Part shown: positions 30,603 through 40,429 of the stretch, one piece after another
Layout: each line of letters begins with the position of its first letter
How positions within the stretch are numbered: the first letter of the stretch is position 1
Origin: TPA_inf: Saccharomyces
Lineage: Eukaryota
Length of the DNA: 64,000 bases
Reading direction: 5' to 3'
Assembly: GCA_000146045.2 (NCBI GenBank)
Contig: BK006944.2
Coordinates: 256,001-320,000 of the forward strand
Notes under the pieces: generated by a model
Told to the model about the DNA's origin: nothing
What the model saw: the letters and a program-made list of their open reading frames with translations, nothing else
Database searches by the model: none
Made by a program: the position numbers and the translations under genes

Positions 30603-32573
30603 ATGCACTGGAATATAATTTCGAAAGAGCAAAGTAGCTCTTCTGTATCGTTACCAACTCTAGACAGCAGTGAACCCTGTCACATCGAAGTTATCCTCAG
30701 GGCGATACCCGAAAAAGGATTACAAAACAATGAGTCGACCTTCAAAATAGACCCATATGAAAATACTGTGCTATTTCGCACAAACAATCCGTTACATGAG
30801 ACAACCAAGGAGACCCATTCAACATTTCAATTCGATAAGGTATTCGATGCTAACGCCACTCAAGAAGATGTTCAGAAATTTCTGGTGCATCCAATAATAA
30901 ATGATGTTTTGAATGGTTATAACGGTACTGTAATAACATATGGACCAAGTTTCAGCGGAAAGTCCTATTCCCTTATTGGATCAAAAGAAAGCGAAGGAAT
31001 TCTACCGAACATATGCAAGACCTTGTTTGATACGCTAGAAAAAAATGAAGAAACAAAGGGAGATAGTTTTAGCGTAAGTGTTTTGGCATTCGAAATATAT
31101 ATGGAGAAAACGTATGACTTATTGGTACCTTTACCTGAAAGAAAACCATTAAAGCTTCACCGTTCTTCAAGCAAAATGGACTTAGAAATCAAAGATATTT
31201 GTCCGGCACATGTCGGATCGTATGAAGACTTAAGAAGCTACATTCAGGCAGTCCAAAACGTCGGCAATAGGATGGCATGTGGCGACAAGACAGAGAGATC
31301 AAGATCACACCTAGTTTTTCAATTACACGTAGAACAAAGGAATAGAAAAGATGATATATTAAAAAATAGTTCTTTATATCTGGTTGATTTACACGGGGCA
31401 GAGAAGTTCGATAAAAGAACTGAAAGTACGCTATCACAAGATGCGTTAAAAAAATTAAACCAATCTATTGAGGCGTTGAAAAACACTGTGCGGTCCTTGT
31501 CAATGAAAGAGCGTGATTCAGCCTACAGCGCAAAAGGATCACATAGTTCTGCTTACCGTGAATCGCAATTAACTGAAGTGTTAAAAGATTCCCTTGGGGG
31601 AAATAGGAAAACAAAGGTGATATTGACATGTTTCTTAAGTAATGTTCCAACTACCCTATCAACACTAGAATTTGGTGACAGTATTAGACAGATCAATAAC
31701 AAGGTTACAGATAACACCACAGGTTTAAATCTGAAAAAAAAAATGGATCTATTTATTCAGGACATGAAAATTAAGGATGATAATTATGTTGCCCAAATTA
31801 ATATACTAAAGGCTGAAATAGACTCTTTAAAAAGCCTTCACAATAAATCTCTTCCCGAAGACGACGAGAAAAAAATGTTAGAAAATACAAAGAAAGAAAA
31901 TATCAAACTAAAGCTTCAATTAGACAGTATTACCCAATTATTGAGTAGTTCTACCAATGAAGATCCTAACAATCGTATTGACGAAGAAGTTTCTGAAATA
32001 TTAACGAAAAGATGCGAACAGATTGCTCAGCTTGAGTTATCTTTTGATCGACAGATGAATTCCAATTCTAAGTTGCAGCAAGAGTTAGAATACAAAAAGT
32101 CAAAAGAGGAAGCCTTAGAGTCTATGAACGTTAGGCTACTAGAACAAATTCAGCTTCAGGAAAGAGAGATTCAAGAGCTTTTAACTACTAACGCCATCTT
32201 AAAGGGTGAACTAGAAACTCACACTAAACTTACTGAAACACGCAGTGAAAGGATAAAATCTTTGGAAAGTTCTGTCAAAGAGCTTTCTCTTAATAAATCT
32301 GCAATCCCATCTCCTAGAAGAGGGTCTATGAGCTCGTCATCAGGAAATACTATGTTGCATATCGAGGAGGGTTCTGAAATATCAAATAGCCCTTGGTCAG
32401 CCAATACTTCCTCAAAACCTTTAGTATGGGGCGCGAGAAAGGTTTCTTCTAGCAGTATAGCAACCACTGGATCACAGGAGTCTTTTGTGGCAAGACCGTT
32501 CAAGAAGGGATTAAACCTCCATTCGATAAAAGTCACTTCGAGTACTCCAAAAAGTCCCTCTTCTGGAAGCTGA
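30603..32573 (+). CDS. SMY1: Smy1, kinesin-like protein (degenerate motor domain plus coiled coil), 656 aa
   Basis: Kinesin motor-like GPSFSGKS P-loop, ...LVDLHGAEK switch II-like, and a long coiled-coil tail. Confidence 0.9.
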   Translation: MHWNIISKEQSSSSVSLPTLDSSEPCHIEVILRAIPEKGLQNNESTFKIDPYENTVLFRTNNPLHETTKETHSTFQFDKVFDANATQEDVQKFLVHPIINDVLNGYNGTVITYGPSFSGKSYSLIGSKESEGILPNICKTLFDTLEKNEETKGDSFSVSVLAFEIYMEKTYDLLVPLPERKPLKLHRSSSKMDLEIKDICPAHVGSYEDLRSYIQAVQNVGNRMACGDKTERSRSHLVFQLHVEQRNRKDDILKNSSLYLVDLHGAEKFDKRTESTLSQDALKKLNQSIEALKNTVRSLSMKERDSAYSAKGSHSSAYRESQLTEVLKDSLGGNRKTKVILTCFLSNVPTTLSTLEFGDSIRQINNKVTDNTTGLNLKKKMDLFIQDMKIKDDNYVAQINILKAEIDSLKSLHNKSLPEDDEKKMLENTKKENIKLKLQLDSITQLLSSSTNEDPNNRIDEEVSEILTKRCEQIAQLELSFDRQMNSNSKLQQELEYKKSKEEALESMNVRLLEQIQLQEREIQELLTTNAILKGELETHTKLTETRSERIKSLESSVKELSLNKSAIPSPRRGSMSSSSGNTMLHIEEGSEISNSPWSANTSSKPLVWGARKVSSSSIATTGSQESFVARPFKKGLNLHSIKVTSSTPKSPSSGS

Positions 32574-32766
32574 CTATAATTAAGTTCGATAATTGTACGA
32601 TACAACTGTGTAGTATCTTTGTAATTATAATCATGATGATAACGCTAATAATTTGTACGTATAATGCTGACTGAAAGATGTACTTTTCTTCTACCGTTTT
32701 TCTTCGGCGGCTATTCGTTTACAATGATTTGGAAAAATGAGAAAAATTGAAAATAAAAAATTCTGC

Positions 32767-32784
32767 TCGATGAGATGAGATGAG
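32767..32784. promoter_or_regulatory. PAC-like TCGATGAG followed by (GATGAG)x3, ~70 bp upstream of DHR2; A/T RRPE-like run at 32738-32760
   Basis: ctcGATGAGATGAGATGAGg reiterates the PAC core upstream of a nucleolar DEAH helicase gene of the Ribi regulon. Confidence 0.4.
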
Positions 32785-32844
32785 GTTATGATATATATGT
32801 AAGAATTCCTCAAGAAGAGGTTGCAAGAGTCTGCAGACATTATC

Positions 32845-35052
32845 ATGGCAGCAAATAGCAATAGTAGAGTTGCATCAAACCATACTTCTAAAAAACAAAA
32901 GGTTAGGAGGAATATACATCCATTCACGAATAACACTCGGATTAAAAGAGCTAGTAAAATCGTAAAGTTTAATGATTCAGGCGAGGGCGACCATGTTTCA
33001 GACCAACGTTCGAACAAGGAAAATGTCCTTACTTATAAATCTTTGAAAAGTCGGGCAAGCGATTTACTCAAAATGAGAGAAACACTTCCCGTTTACCAAC
33101 ACAAGCGAGAAATAATGTCATATATTGAAAGCAATCCCGTTACCGTCCTTATTGGTGAAACAGGTTCTGGTAAATCAACACAAATTCCGCAATTCGTATT
33201 AGAAAAATTATATGATACGAAGAAGCATGGGTCGATTGCTGTAACTCAACCCCGTCGTGTTGCGGCCATCAATTTGGCTACACGTGTTGCTCAAGAACAT
33301 GGTTGCAAACTGGGTGAACAAGTAGGTTATTCTGTCAGATTTGACAATACGACTACTACAAGAACAAGACTTAAGTATCTGACTGACGGTATGTTACTTA
33401 GAGAACTTATGATGAATAGTGACCTTAGAGAATACAGCGTCATCGTTATCGATGAAGCGCATGAAAGAACTGTGCTTACAGATTTGATATTGGGGTTCTT
33501 AAAATCCTTGATACAAGGGCCAAGACCTGATTTGAGAATAATTGTTATGTCTGCAACATTGCAAGCCGAAAAATTTAGTGAGTTCTTCAATAATGCCCCA
33601 ATCTTATTTGTAGAAGGAAGAAAATTTGATGTCAAACAATACTACTTGAAGGCGCCAACAGATGATATAGTAGACGCTGTCATCAGGTGTTGTATACAAA
33701 TAAACCAAGGTGAAGAACTGGGAGATATCTTATGTTTTTTACCGGGCCAAGAAGAGATTGACAAAGCAGTGACTATAATGGAGAAAATTGCAAAGTATGT
33801 TTCAGATGAGGCCCCAGTACCATTAATAGTTCCTTATCCTTTATATGCAGCTCTTCCCGCGGTCCAACAGTCCTTGGTCTTCGCTCCGATAAAGGGTTTC
33901 AAGAGAAAAGTCGTCTTTAGTACCAATATTGCAGAAACATCTGTTACCATATCCGGTGTTAAATTTGTCGTTGATTCTGGTCTTCGAAAAGTCAAAGTTT
34001 GGAGACATCAGCTGGGATTAGCCACTCTACTTACCGTACCCATTTCTCAGGCAAGTGCGATGCAGAGAAGTGGTCGTGCTGGTAGAGAAAGTGAAGGAAA
34101 GAGTTTCAGGCTTTATTGTGAGTCTGATTATGTGAAATTACCTAAACAAAGTGAACCTGAAATAGCCAGAAGTGACGTCACATCTCCTGTGTTAATGTTG
34201 AAGAGATATGGTGTTGATGACCTGCTAAACTGGACCTGGTTTGAGAACCCTGGAAAGGAAGCTATAGTAATGGGGCTTCAGGAACTTTATGAATTGGGTG
34301 CTCTTGACACTCGTGGAAAGATAACTAAACGGGGTCAACAAATGGCTCTGTTACCGCTACAACCGCATTTAAGTAGTGTCTTAATTAAAGCCAGTGAAGT
34401 CGGATGTTTGAGTCAGGTCATTGATATCGTCTCTTGCCTTAGTGTGGAAAATTTACTGTTGAATCCGTCACCAGAAGAAAGAGATGAGGTGAACGAGCGT
34501 CGTTTGTCCTTATGCAACGCTGGTAAAAGGTATGGTGACCTTATCATGCTGAAAGAGCTTTTTGATATCTATTTCTACGAACTAGGGAAAAGTCAAGATG
34601 CAAGCTCTGAAAGAAATGATTGGTGTAAAGGATTGTGTATTTCGATACGTGGGTTTAAAAATGTAATTCGTGTCAGAGACCAGTTAAGAGTTTATTGTAA
34701 GCGTTTGTTTTCTTCAATCAGTGAAGAGGATGAAGAATCCAAAAAGATTGGTGAAGATGGCGAGCTAATTTCGAAAATTTTAAAGTGTTTCTTAACTGGG
34801 TTTATCAAGAATACAGCTATAGGGATGCCAGACAGGTCTTATAGAACTGTTTCCACTGGAGAGCCGATAAGCATTCATCCATCATCTATGCTATTTATGA
34901 ATAAAAGCTGCCCCGGTATAATGTACACGGAGTATGTCTTTACTACGAAGGGATATGCCAGAAATGTTAGTAGGATTGAACTTTCATGGTTACAAGAAGT
35001 TGTCACTAATGCAGCCGCTGTAGCAAAGCAAAAAGTTTCTGATTCAAAATAA
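32845..35052 (+). CDS. DHR2: Dhr2, DEAH-box RNA helicase for 18S rRNA synthesis, 735 aa; start is the internal Met at 32845
   Basis: GETGSGKST (motif I), DEAH (VIDEAHER), SAT, QRSGRAGR (motif VI), and HA2/OB C-terminal domains. Confidence 0.95.
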   Translation: MAANSNSRVASNHTSKKQKVRRNIHPFTNNTRIKRASKIVKFNDSGEGDHVSDQRSNKENVLTYKSLKSRASDLLKMRETLPVYQHKREIMSYIESNPVTVLIGETGSGKSTQIPQFVLEKLYDTKKHGSIAVTQPRRVAAINLATRVAQEHGCKLGEQVGYSVRFDNTTTTRTRLKYLTDGMLLRELMMNSDLREYSVIVIDEAHERTVLTDLILGFLKSLIQGPRPDLRIIVMSATLQAEKFSEFFNNAPILFVEGRKFDVKQYYLKAPTDDIVDAVIRCCIQINQGEELGDILCFLPGQEEIDKAVTIMEKIAKYVSDEAPVPLIVPYPLYAALPAVQQSLVFAPIKGFKRKVVFSTNIAETSVTISGVKFVVDSGLRKVKVWRHQLGLATLLTVPISQASAMQRSGRAGRESEGKSFRLYCESDYVKLPKQSEPEIARSDVTSPVLMLKRYGVDDLLNWTWFENPGKEAIVMGLQELYELGALDTRGKITKRGQQMALLPLQPHLSSVLIKASEVGCLSQVIDIVSCLSVENLLLNPSPEERDEVNERRLSLCNAGKRYGDLIMLKELFDIYFYELGKSQDASSERNDWCKGLCISIRGFKNVIRVRDQLRVYCKRLFSSISEEDEESKKIGEDGELISKILKCFLTGFIKNTAIGMPDRSYRTVSTGEPISIHPSSMLFMNKSCPGIMYTEYVFTTKGYARNVSRIELSWLQEVVTNAAAVAKQKVSDSK

Positions 35053-35452
35053 GTCACCTACTCTTAGCGCATTTTTATTGTATATAAAGGCATTTAATGT
35101 AATTTATAGAGCATTATAAATCGTAACAACTACTGCAGTATGAGTTTCATGGATTCATTTCTCAATATCTTATGAATATACACAGGTATATATGTATATT
35201 CATGTTAAACGCCTTTCGAATTGTTCGTTGGCTTTTTTTGTGAAATTATCTCGGGAAAAGGGCGAAATTATATTATTTTGCCGTTGACATTTTGAAAAGG
35301 AATAAAAGATCATGAAAAAAATAAGAAAGGCAATTCGACGCATTTCTCTCAGCAAGCTATTCTTTACTTTTGAAGAACAAAATATTTTAGCAAAAAGGTT
35401 AAGACAATATAGTCGGAAGCAGTTCTGCGGGATCTGAAGGAATTGCGGAATA

Positions 35453-36631
35453 ATGAGATTTCACGATAGTATACTTATCTTCTTTTCTTTGGCATCGCTT
35501 TATCAACATGTTCATGGTGCAAGACAAGTCGTTCGTCCAAAGGAGAAAATGACTACTTCAGAAGAAGTTAAACCTTGGTTACGTACGGTTTATGGAAGTC
35601 AAAAAGAATTAGTCACTCCTACGGTCATTGCCGGTGTCACTTTTTCTGAAAAACCAGAAGAAACACCAAATCCATTGAAACCTTGGGTATCTTTAGAGCA
35701 TGATGGTAGGCCAAAAACCATTAAACCAGAAATCAACAAAGGTCGAACCAAGAAGGGAAGACCTGATTACTCAACTTACTTCAAAACGGTAAGTTCCCAC
35801 ACATATTCTTATGAAGAATTGAAGGCTCACAATATGGGCCCTAATGAAGTTTTTGTAGAAGAAGAGTATATTGATGAAGATGACACCTACGTCTCCCTGA
35901 ATCCTATTGTCAGATGTACTCCTAATCTTTACTTCAATAAAGGTCTAGCAAAGGATATCCGCAGTGAGCCATTTTGTACCCCTTATGAGAATTCTAGATG
36001 GAAGGTTGACAAGACTTACTTCGTTACTTGGTATACAAGATTTTTTACAGATGAGAATTCCGGTAAAGTTGCTGATAAGGTTCGTGTTCATTTGTCCTAT
36101 GTTAAAGAAAACCCCGTAGAGAAGGGCAATTATAAAAGAGATATCCCTGCAACTTTTTTCTCTTCCGAATGGATTGATAATGACAACGGTCTAATGCCGG
36201 TTGAGGTCAGAGATGAATGGCTGCAGGACCAATTTGATCGTAGGATCGTTGTATCAGTTCAGCCAATATACATATCAGATGAAGATTTCGATCCACTACA
36301 ATACGGTATTTTATTATACATCACTAAGGGTTCAAAAGTGTTTAAGCCTACTAAGGAGCAACTGGCTTTAGACGATGCAGGTATAACAAATGATCAGTGG
36401 TATTATGTTGCATTATCTATCCCTACTGTCGTGGTGGTATTTTTCGTCTTCATGTACTTTTTCTTATATGTCAACGGGAAAAACAGAGATTTCACAGATG
36501 TTACTAGAAAAGCTTTAAACAAGAAACGCCGTGTTTTGGGTAAGTTCTCGGAGATGAAGAAATTCAAAAACATGAAAAATCACAAGTACACCGAATTGCC
36601 ATCTTATAAGAAAACCAGTAAACAAAATTAG
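35453..36631 (+). CDS. PSG1: Psg1, secretory-pathway type I membrane protein (signal peptide, C-terminal TM plus basic tail), 392 aa
   Basis: N-terminal hydrophobic signal, TM segment VALSIPTVVVVFFVFMYFFLYV near the C-terminus. Matches YKL077W. Confidence 0.8.
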   Translation: MRFHDSILIFFSLASLYQHVHGARQVVRPKEKMTTSEEVKPWLRTVYGSQKELVTPTVIAGVTFSEKPEETPNPLKPWVSLEHDGRPKTIKPEINKGRTKKGRPDYSTYFKTVSSHTYSYEELKAHNMGPNEVFVEEEYIDEDDTYVSLNPIVRCTPNLYFNKGLAKDIRSEPFCTPYENSRWKVDKTYFVTWYTRFFTDENSGKVADKVRVHLSYVKENPVEKGNYKRDIPATFFSSEWIDNDNGLMPVEVRDEWLQDQFDRRIVVSVQPIYISDEDFDPLQYGILLYITKGSKVFKPTKEQLALDDAGITNDQWYYVALSIPTVVVVFFVFMYFFLYVNGKNRDFTDVTRKALNKKRRVLGKFSEMKKFKNMKNHKYTELPSYKKTSKQN

Positions 36632-36955
36632 ATTCCCTTCGAAGTATGCATTCACCCTTCCTCGAGAGGGCTGTTTTTATCTTCCGTCACACTAATAGAA
36701 AACCACTCTATCCAGTTTTTTTTGTTACTTAACTTATCTTAACTCGATATTGTATAAATACTGAAGTCCATATACTTCTTTTTTTCTCCTTTGGATAGTA
36801 AATACGGTAAATTAAAATTAGTGTAAACTGAACAATATTAACATATATAAATCATCTGTACGACAATTTGATACCAAATAAATAGAGAATGCATCAGCAT
36901 CCTCCAGGGTTCAAAAGAAAACGCTGGATCTTGCTTCTTTTCCTTTGATTTCTCC

Positions 36956-38308
36956 TTATATCCATTTCTGTCTTGCAGCAACTTCACATATTTTTTCCAG
37001 TGTAATGACCCTTGGATCAGGCTTAAAATGACGCTCAACCACATTATCATCTCCTTCCACATTCCTGCTAAGTAAGCTTTCTTCGTCGCCCTCGCTATTG
37101 TCCACATTATCTTCATCTTCATCATCATCTCCGCCGACGTCTTCAATGTAGTAGAAAAAGGGTTCCAACACCAACATAATTTTCCAGAAGTTGTTCGTGC
37201 CACAATTAGCAAACAAGACATCTACAAGGGCAGGTAGGTATTCCAATTCAATGTACTCCTCTGCGCAACAAACAAATTCATCTAATTCGTAATCTTGCTC
37301 ATCAGCAGATAATGTAGAATACATTTCTGATAACAACGTTAATTCTTTGCTAATTGTTTTTGGAATATCTTCTCGAGCTTGCCATAACAGCTTTTGCGCT
37401 CTTTCCAGTCTTTCTTGGCTAACGGCATCATCCTTGCTCTCTTTTTCGCCTTTATCACCTTGGACATTTTCGGAGTCTTGTAGAGAAGGCAAGAATCCGT
37501 TCTTTTCGCTTTTGACCATAAGCTCATTGTATTCGTTATAGAGGGAGATAATTTTCATCATAGGCTTGTATAATTGCTGACAGACTTTCATTTCCGAGTA
37601 AGGTACAATGACTTTTTCCAAATAGTGATTGATCAGTCCTTCCATGAAGTTTGCCCAAATTGACGAAAATACATAATCCTCGTCGTAAGTCGATTCCGTA
37701 AAATCTTGGTTGATGTTATGCTGTATGATTTGCTCTGTAAGAGTTGGGAAAAGGTTTTTATGGCTTTTGACCATTTCATCTCTCAAAGCAGTAGATCCAG
37801 CGCTATCTGCTCCTTTAGTAGAATTTTCCAAACTATTATCTGTTGAAGACGCCTCTGAGTTCTTTTCACCATCTGTCTTATCTAGCCAGTATTCCGGACC
37901 ACCCTTTTCAGACAATGTCACCAATAAAAGGAAGAGTTTTACTTTAACCCACGGGTTTAGCGAGTTTACATAGGCGTCCGTAATTTTGCTAACATCGATA
38001 TTTATTTTTCTATGGATGCATTTGATAAATTTTTCAATGTAATGTGATTTTTTCAATCCGTATTTTTCATTCAGATATCCAACCGAAGTGATTACGTCGT
38101 AATTTGTATTTTCCATGTTCGTATGCTTCAAAAAGTTGAATGTTAACTTTCGTCTATTTCCATAATGTCTTTCTCTTTTCTCCTCACCTTTCTTCTTTCT
38201 TCTAATCTTTTTTTCTTTTGAAGCACCCAATTTAAGACATCTTTTACAGGTACAGTCCTTTAACGATGGCTCGTTGGCCGCTTGCTTGGGCAATAAATCT
38301 TTAGCCAT
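36956..38308 (-). CDS. YKL075C: Uncharacterised protein YKL075C, 450 aa
   Basis: A long ORF with yeast-like codon usage in the expected position. I recognised no domain, though there is a CxxC...C-x2-C at the N-terminus. Confidence 0.75.
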   Translation of the reverse strand: MAKDLLPKQAANEPSLKDCTCKRCLKLGASKEKKIRRKKKGEEKRERHYGNRRKLTFNFLKHTNMENTNYDVITSVGYLNEKYGLKKSHYIEKFIKCIHRKINIDVSKITDAYVNSLNPWVKVKLFLLLVTLSEKGGPEYWLDKTDGEKNSEASSTDNSLENSTKGADSAGSTALRDEMVKSHKNLFPTLTEQIIQHNINQDFTESTYDEDYVFSSIWANFMEGLINHYLEKVIVPYSEMKVCQQLYKPMMKIISLYNEYNELMVKSEKNGFLPSLQDSENVQGDKGEKESKDDAVSQERLERAQKLLWQAREDIPKTISKELTLLSEMYSTLSADEQDYELDEFVCCAEEYIELEYLPALVDVLFANCGTNNFWKIMLVLEPFFYYIEDVGGDDDEDEDNVDNSEGDEESLLSRNVEGDDNVVERHFKPDPRVITLEKICEVAARQKWI

Positions 38309-38609
38309 CTTCTTTGGCGCGCTATACTAGGCTTGATTTATAATGTTAGTTATTCCAAAAATGTGAAGGAAATTGATCAAGGCAAGCTCTAATGATGATT
38401 ATTGACCCATGCAACAAAAAAAGTTTGAATTCTCTTAATTTTCCAGATCGCAAGTTAGTAGTCAATCTGCTAACTTTCGTTATATTTCAAAAAAGTAATT
38501 GTACAAAAAAAGTCACCAAAAACGAGGACTTTTTTCACTGCGTTAAAGATTAGATCTACATAATGAATACTCAATTCTTTACTTAATTTCGCTCTACAAA
38601 ATAGACCAT

Positions 38610-40193
38610 TTAGGAAAGTTGGGTTGCTTCCATCATGTCAAAGTCGTCCTCATCTATATAAGTACACAGAACAGTGCGATCGTTGAATTGCGTACCCGGC
38701 AATTCTTCCATTGCGTGTTTTGCTGCCTCCAAGGTCTTGAACTTGATATAAATATTACCGGCTCCGGAAGCCAAGTTTTCAAAATTAAGTCTGTAATCGA
38801 CGCCGGGTTGGCATATTTTAATCGTATCTGCTCCCGCGATACTATACTTTAATGTTTCTTTAATTTCTGTGATAAAGGTTTCATCTTTCAAATCCAATGG
38901 ATCAAGACAATTTAAGAGCAACAAAACTCTCGATTCAACACGAACAGATTGGGTAACCAGATTTGGCAGGCTTTGAAACGTAATCCATGAAGTAACTTGT
39001 GATATCTTTCCATCATTTGGCTTGAACCATTTGTATGGTTTTAATTTATCAAGAATATCCTGAGTGACGACTTCAAACGATAATAGAATACATTTAGTGA
39101 ATTCGGATTCTTTGCCAGTGTTGTTTGTATTGGACGAACATTTGTAAAAAAGTGGCTTAGCGGTACCGTTTGTTACATTCAATGACGAAAAAAGCTCTTT
39201 CATTCTATAATCTTCACCCTCGCCTATATTTTCCAAATTTTCCAATGCAATTACCGTACCCCTGCAAAAATCGACCAGATGATCAAGTTGTTGAACATAA
39301 TCATTAGGTCTTCTCCATTTTAAGTCGAAAGTACCAAGCTTCGCATTAAAGAATGATCGACAGGCCAAAACCATAGTGCTACAGATCTGAGAACTAAACT
39401 CAACAATAATATGGTCCGGCCTTCCTTCACCAATATAAAAGTTGGAAATTTTAAAGTCCTCCGCATTACTCTCAGTTTTCTGGAGACCTGAAATAAAATT
39501 TTCCAGCAAATCTTTCAATCTTGCTACAATGCTGGGGTCGCTGCTTTGAGACAAGCCCGAAATTACAAGCCTTGAATTTGCCTTGGATGAGGCCATGTTG
39601 TAGTAAGCCGGAGAATCGAATGATGAACCCGGGTACATTACATTTTGGGAATTATAGTTCATGTCATATTTATTAGTTTGCAACTGCCTTTTATCACGGT
39701 CGCCATTGAATTTAGAACCTTCGTTCTTCCTTTGGTAATTGAAACGATCGTAGTTTCCGTTTCCATTTCTTCCCCTTCTATCGAACCTTTCATTTCTTCC
39801 TCTTCTTTCATCCCGTTGCCTATTATAGGGATTGTTGTTCCATTGGGGCCCAGTATTGTGACTACTATACCGATTCTCCCTGTTATATGATCTTCCCGAT
39901 GCATCCCGATAACTTTGACGATGAGGACCTGCCCTTGTTTGTTCATAAGTCGTTCGATTCGTGCTCATAGTAATTATTGACGATGGTCCTCTGTTATTAG
40001 AATGTGAAACGTTTCTACTTTTTGGCGCTTTCGGAAGCTCACCGTCACTTTTTTGCCTCTTAAAATGTGTATCTATAACTGCATTATCCGTGTTGAATCT
40101 TTTGTTCTCAATCGGCACAACATCCTTTTCTGATTTTCCTATAGACTCCATTATTTTGGATCTCAAATCCTCCAGTCTCTTTTCATCAGCCAT
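38610..40193 (-). CDS. MUD2: Mud2, U2AF65-like branchpoint-bridging splicing factor with C-terminal RRM, 527 aa
   Basis: Arg/Asn-rich N-terminal region plus C-terminal RRM-like segments. Size and position match YKL074C. Confidence 0.85.
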   Translation of the reverse strand: MADEKRLEDLRSKIMESIGKSEKDVVPIENKRFNTDNAVIDTHFKRQKSDGELPKAPKSRNVSHSNNRGPSSIITMSTNRTTYEQTRAGPHRQSYRDASGRSYNRENRYSSHNTGPQWNNNPYNRQRDERRGRNERFDRRGRNGNGNYDRFNYQRKNEGSKFNGDRDKRQLQTNKYDMNYNSQNVMYPGSSFDSPAYYNMASSKANSRLVISGLSQSSDPSIVARLKDLLENFISGLQKTESNAEDFKISNFYIGEGRPDHIIVEFSSQICSTMVLACRSFFNAKLGTFDLKWRRPNDYVQQLDHLVDFCRGTVIALENLENIGEGEDYRMKELFSSLNVTNGTAKPLFYKCSSNTNNTGKESEFTKCILLSFEVVTQDILDKLKPYKWFKPNDGKISQVTSWITFQSLPNLVTQSVRVESRVLLLLNCLDPLDLKDETFITEIKETLKYSIAGADTIKICQPGVDYRLNFENLASGAGNIYIKFKTLEAAKHAMEELPGTQFNDRTVLCTYIDEDDFDMMEATQLS

Positions 40194-40330
40194 CTCCGTG
40201 TGCTTGTTTTCTGTGTCAATTAACTTTCCTTTTCTACTTCTTTTATATTAGCATGTACAGTTTAATTTCTCATCTCGAATTTTTTCAGCACTTGCTAATT
40301 AGGCGCGCGCCTCAAATATATAATATCGAA

Positions 40331-40337
40331 CACGCTG
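40331..40337 (-). promoter_or_regulatory. UPRE-1 core CAGCGTG (minus strand) ~95 bp upstream of LHS1
   Basis: cacgctg is the reverse complement of the Hac1 UPRE-1 core CAGNGTG. LHS1 encodes an ER lumenal chaperone and is a UPR target class. Confidence 0.45.
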
Positions 40338-40429
40338 TTATAAAAGTGATCCATTCTACAGCGTAATATTAACAGTATCGCTCCTGCAGTATTCTGGCAT
40401 TATTAGTGCAAATAAGTACGCATATTACC

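Noticed and set aside
36838-37221. 127-aa minus-strand ORF overlapping the 3' end of YKL075C (YKL076C/PSY1-like)
   Set aside because: It overlaps YKL075C in another frame with no independent support, so it is a dubious ORF.
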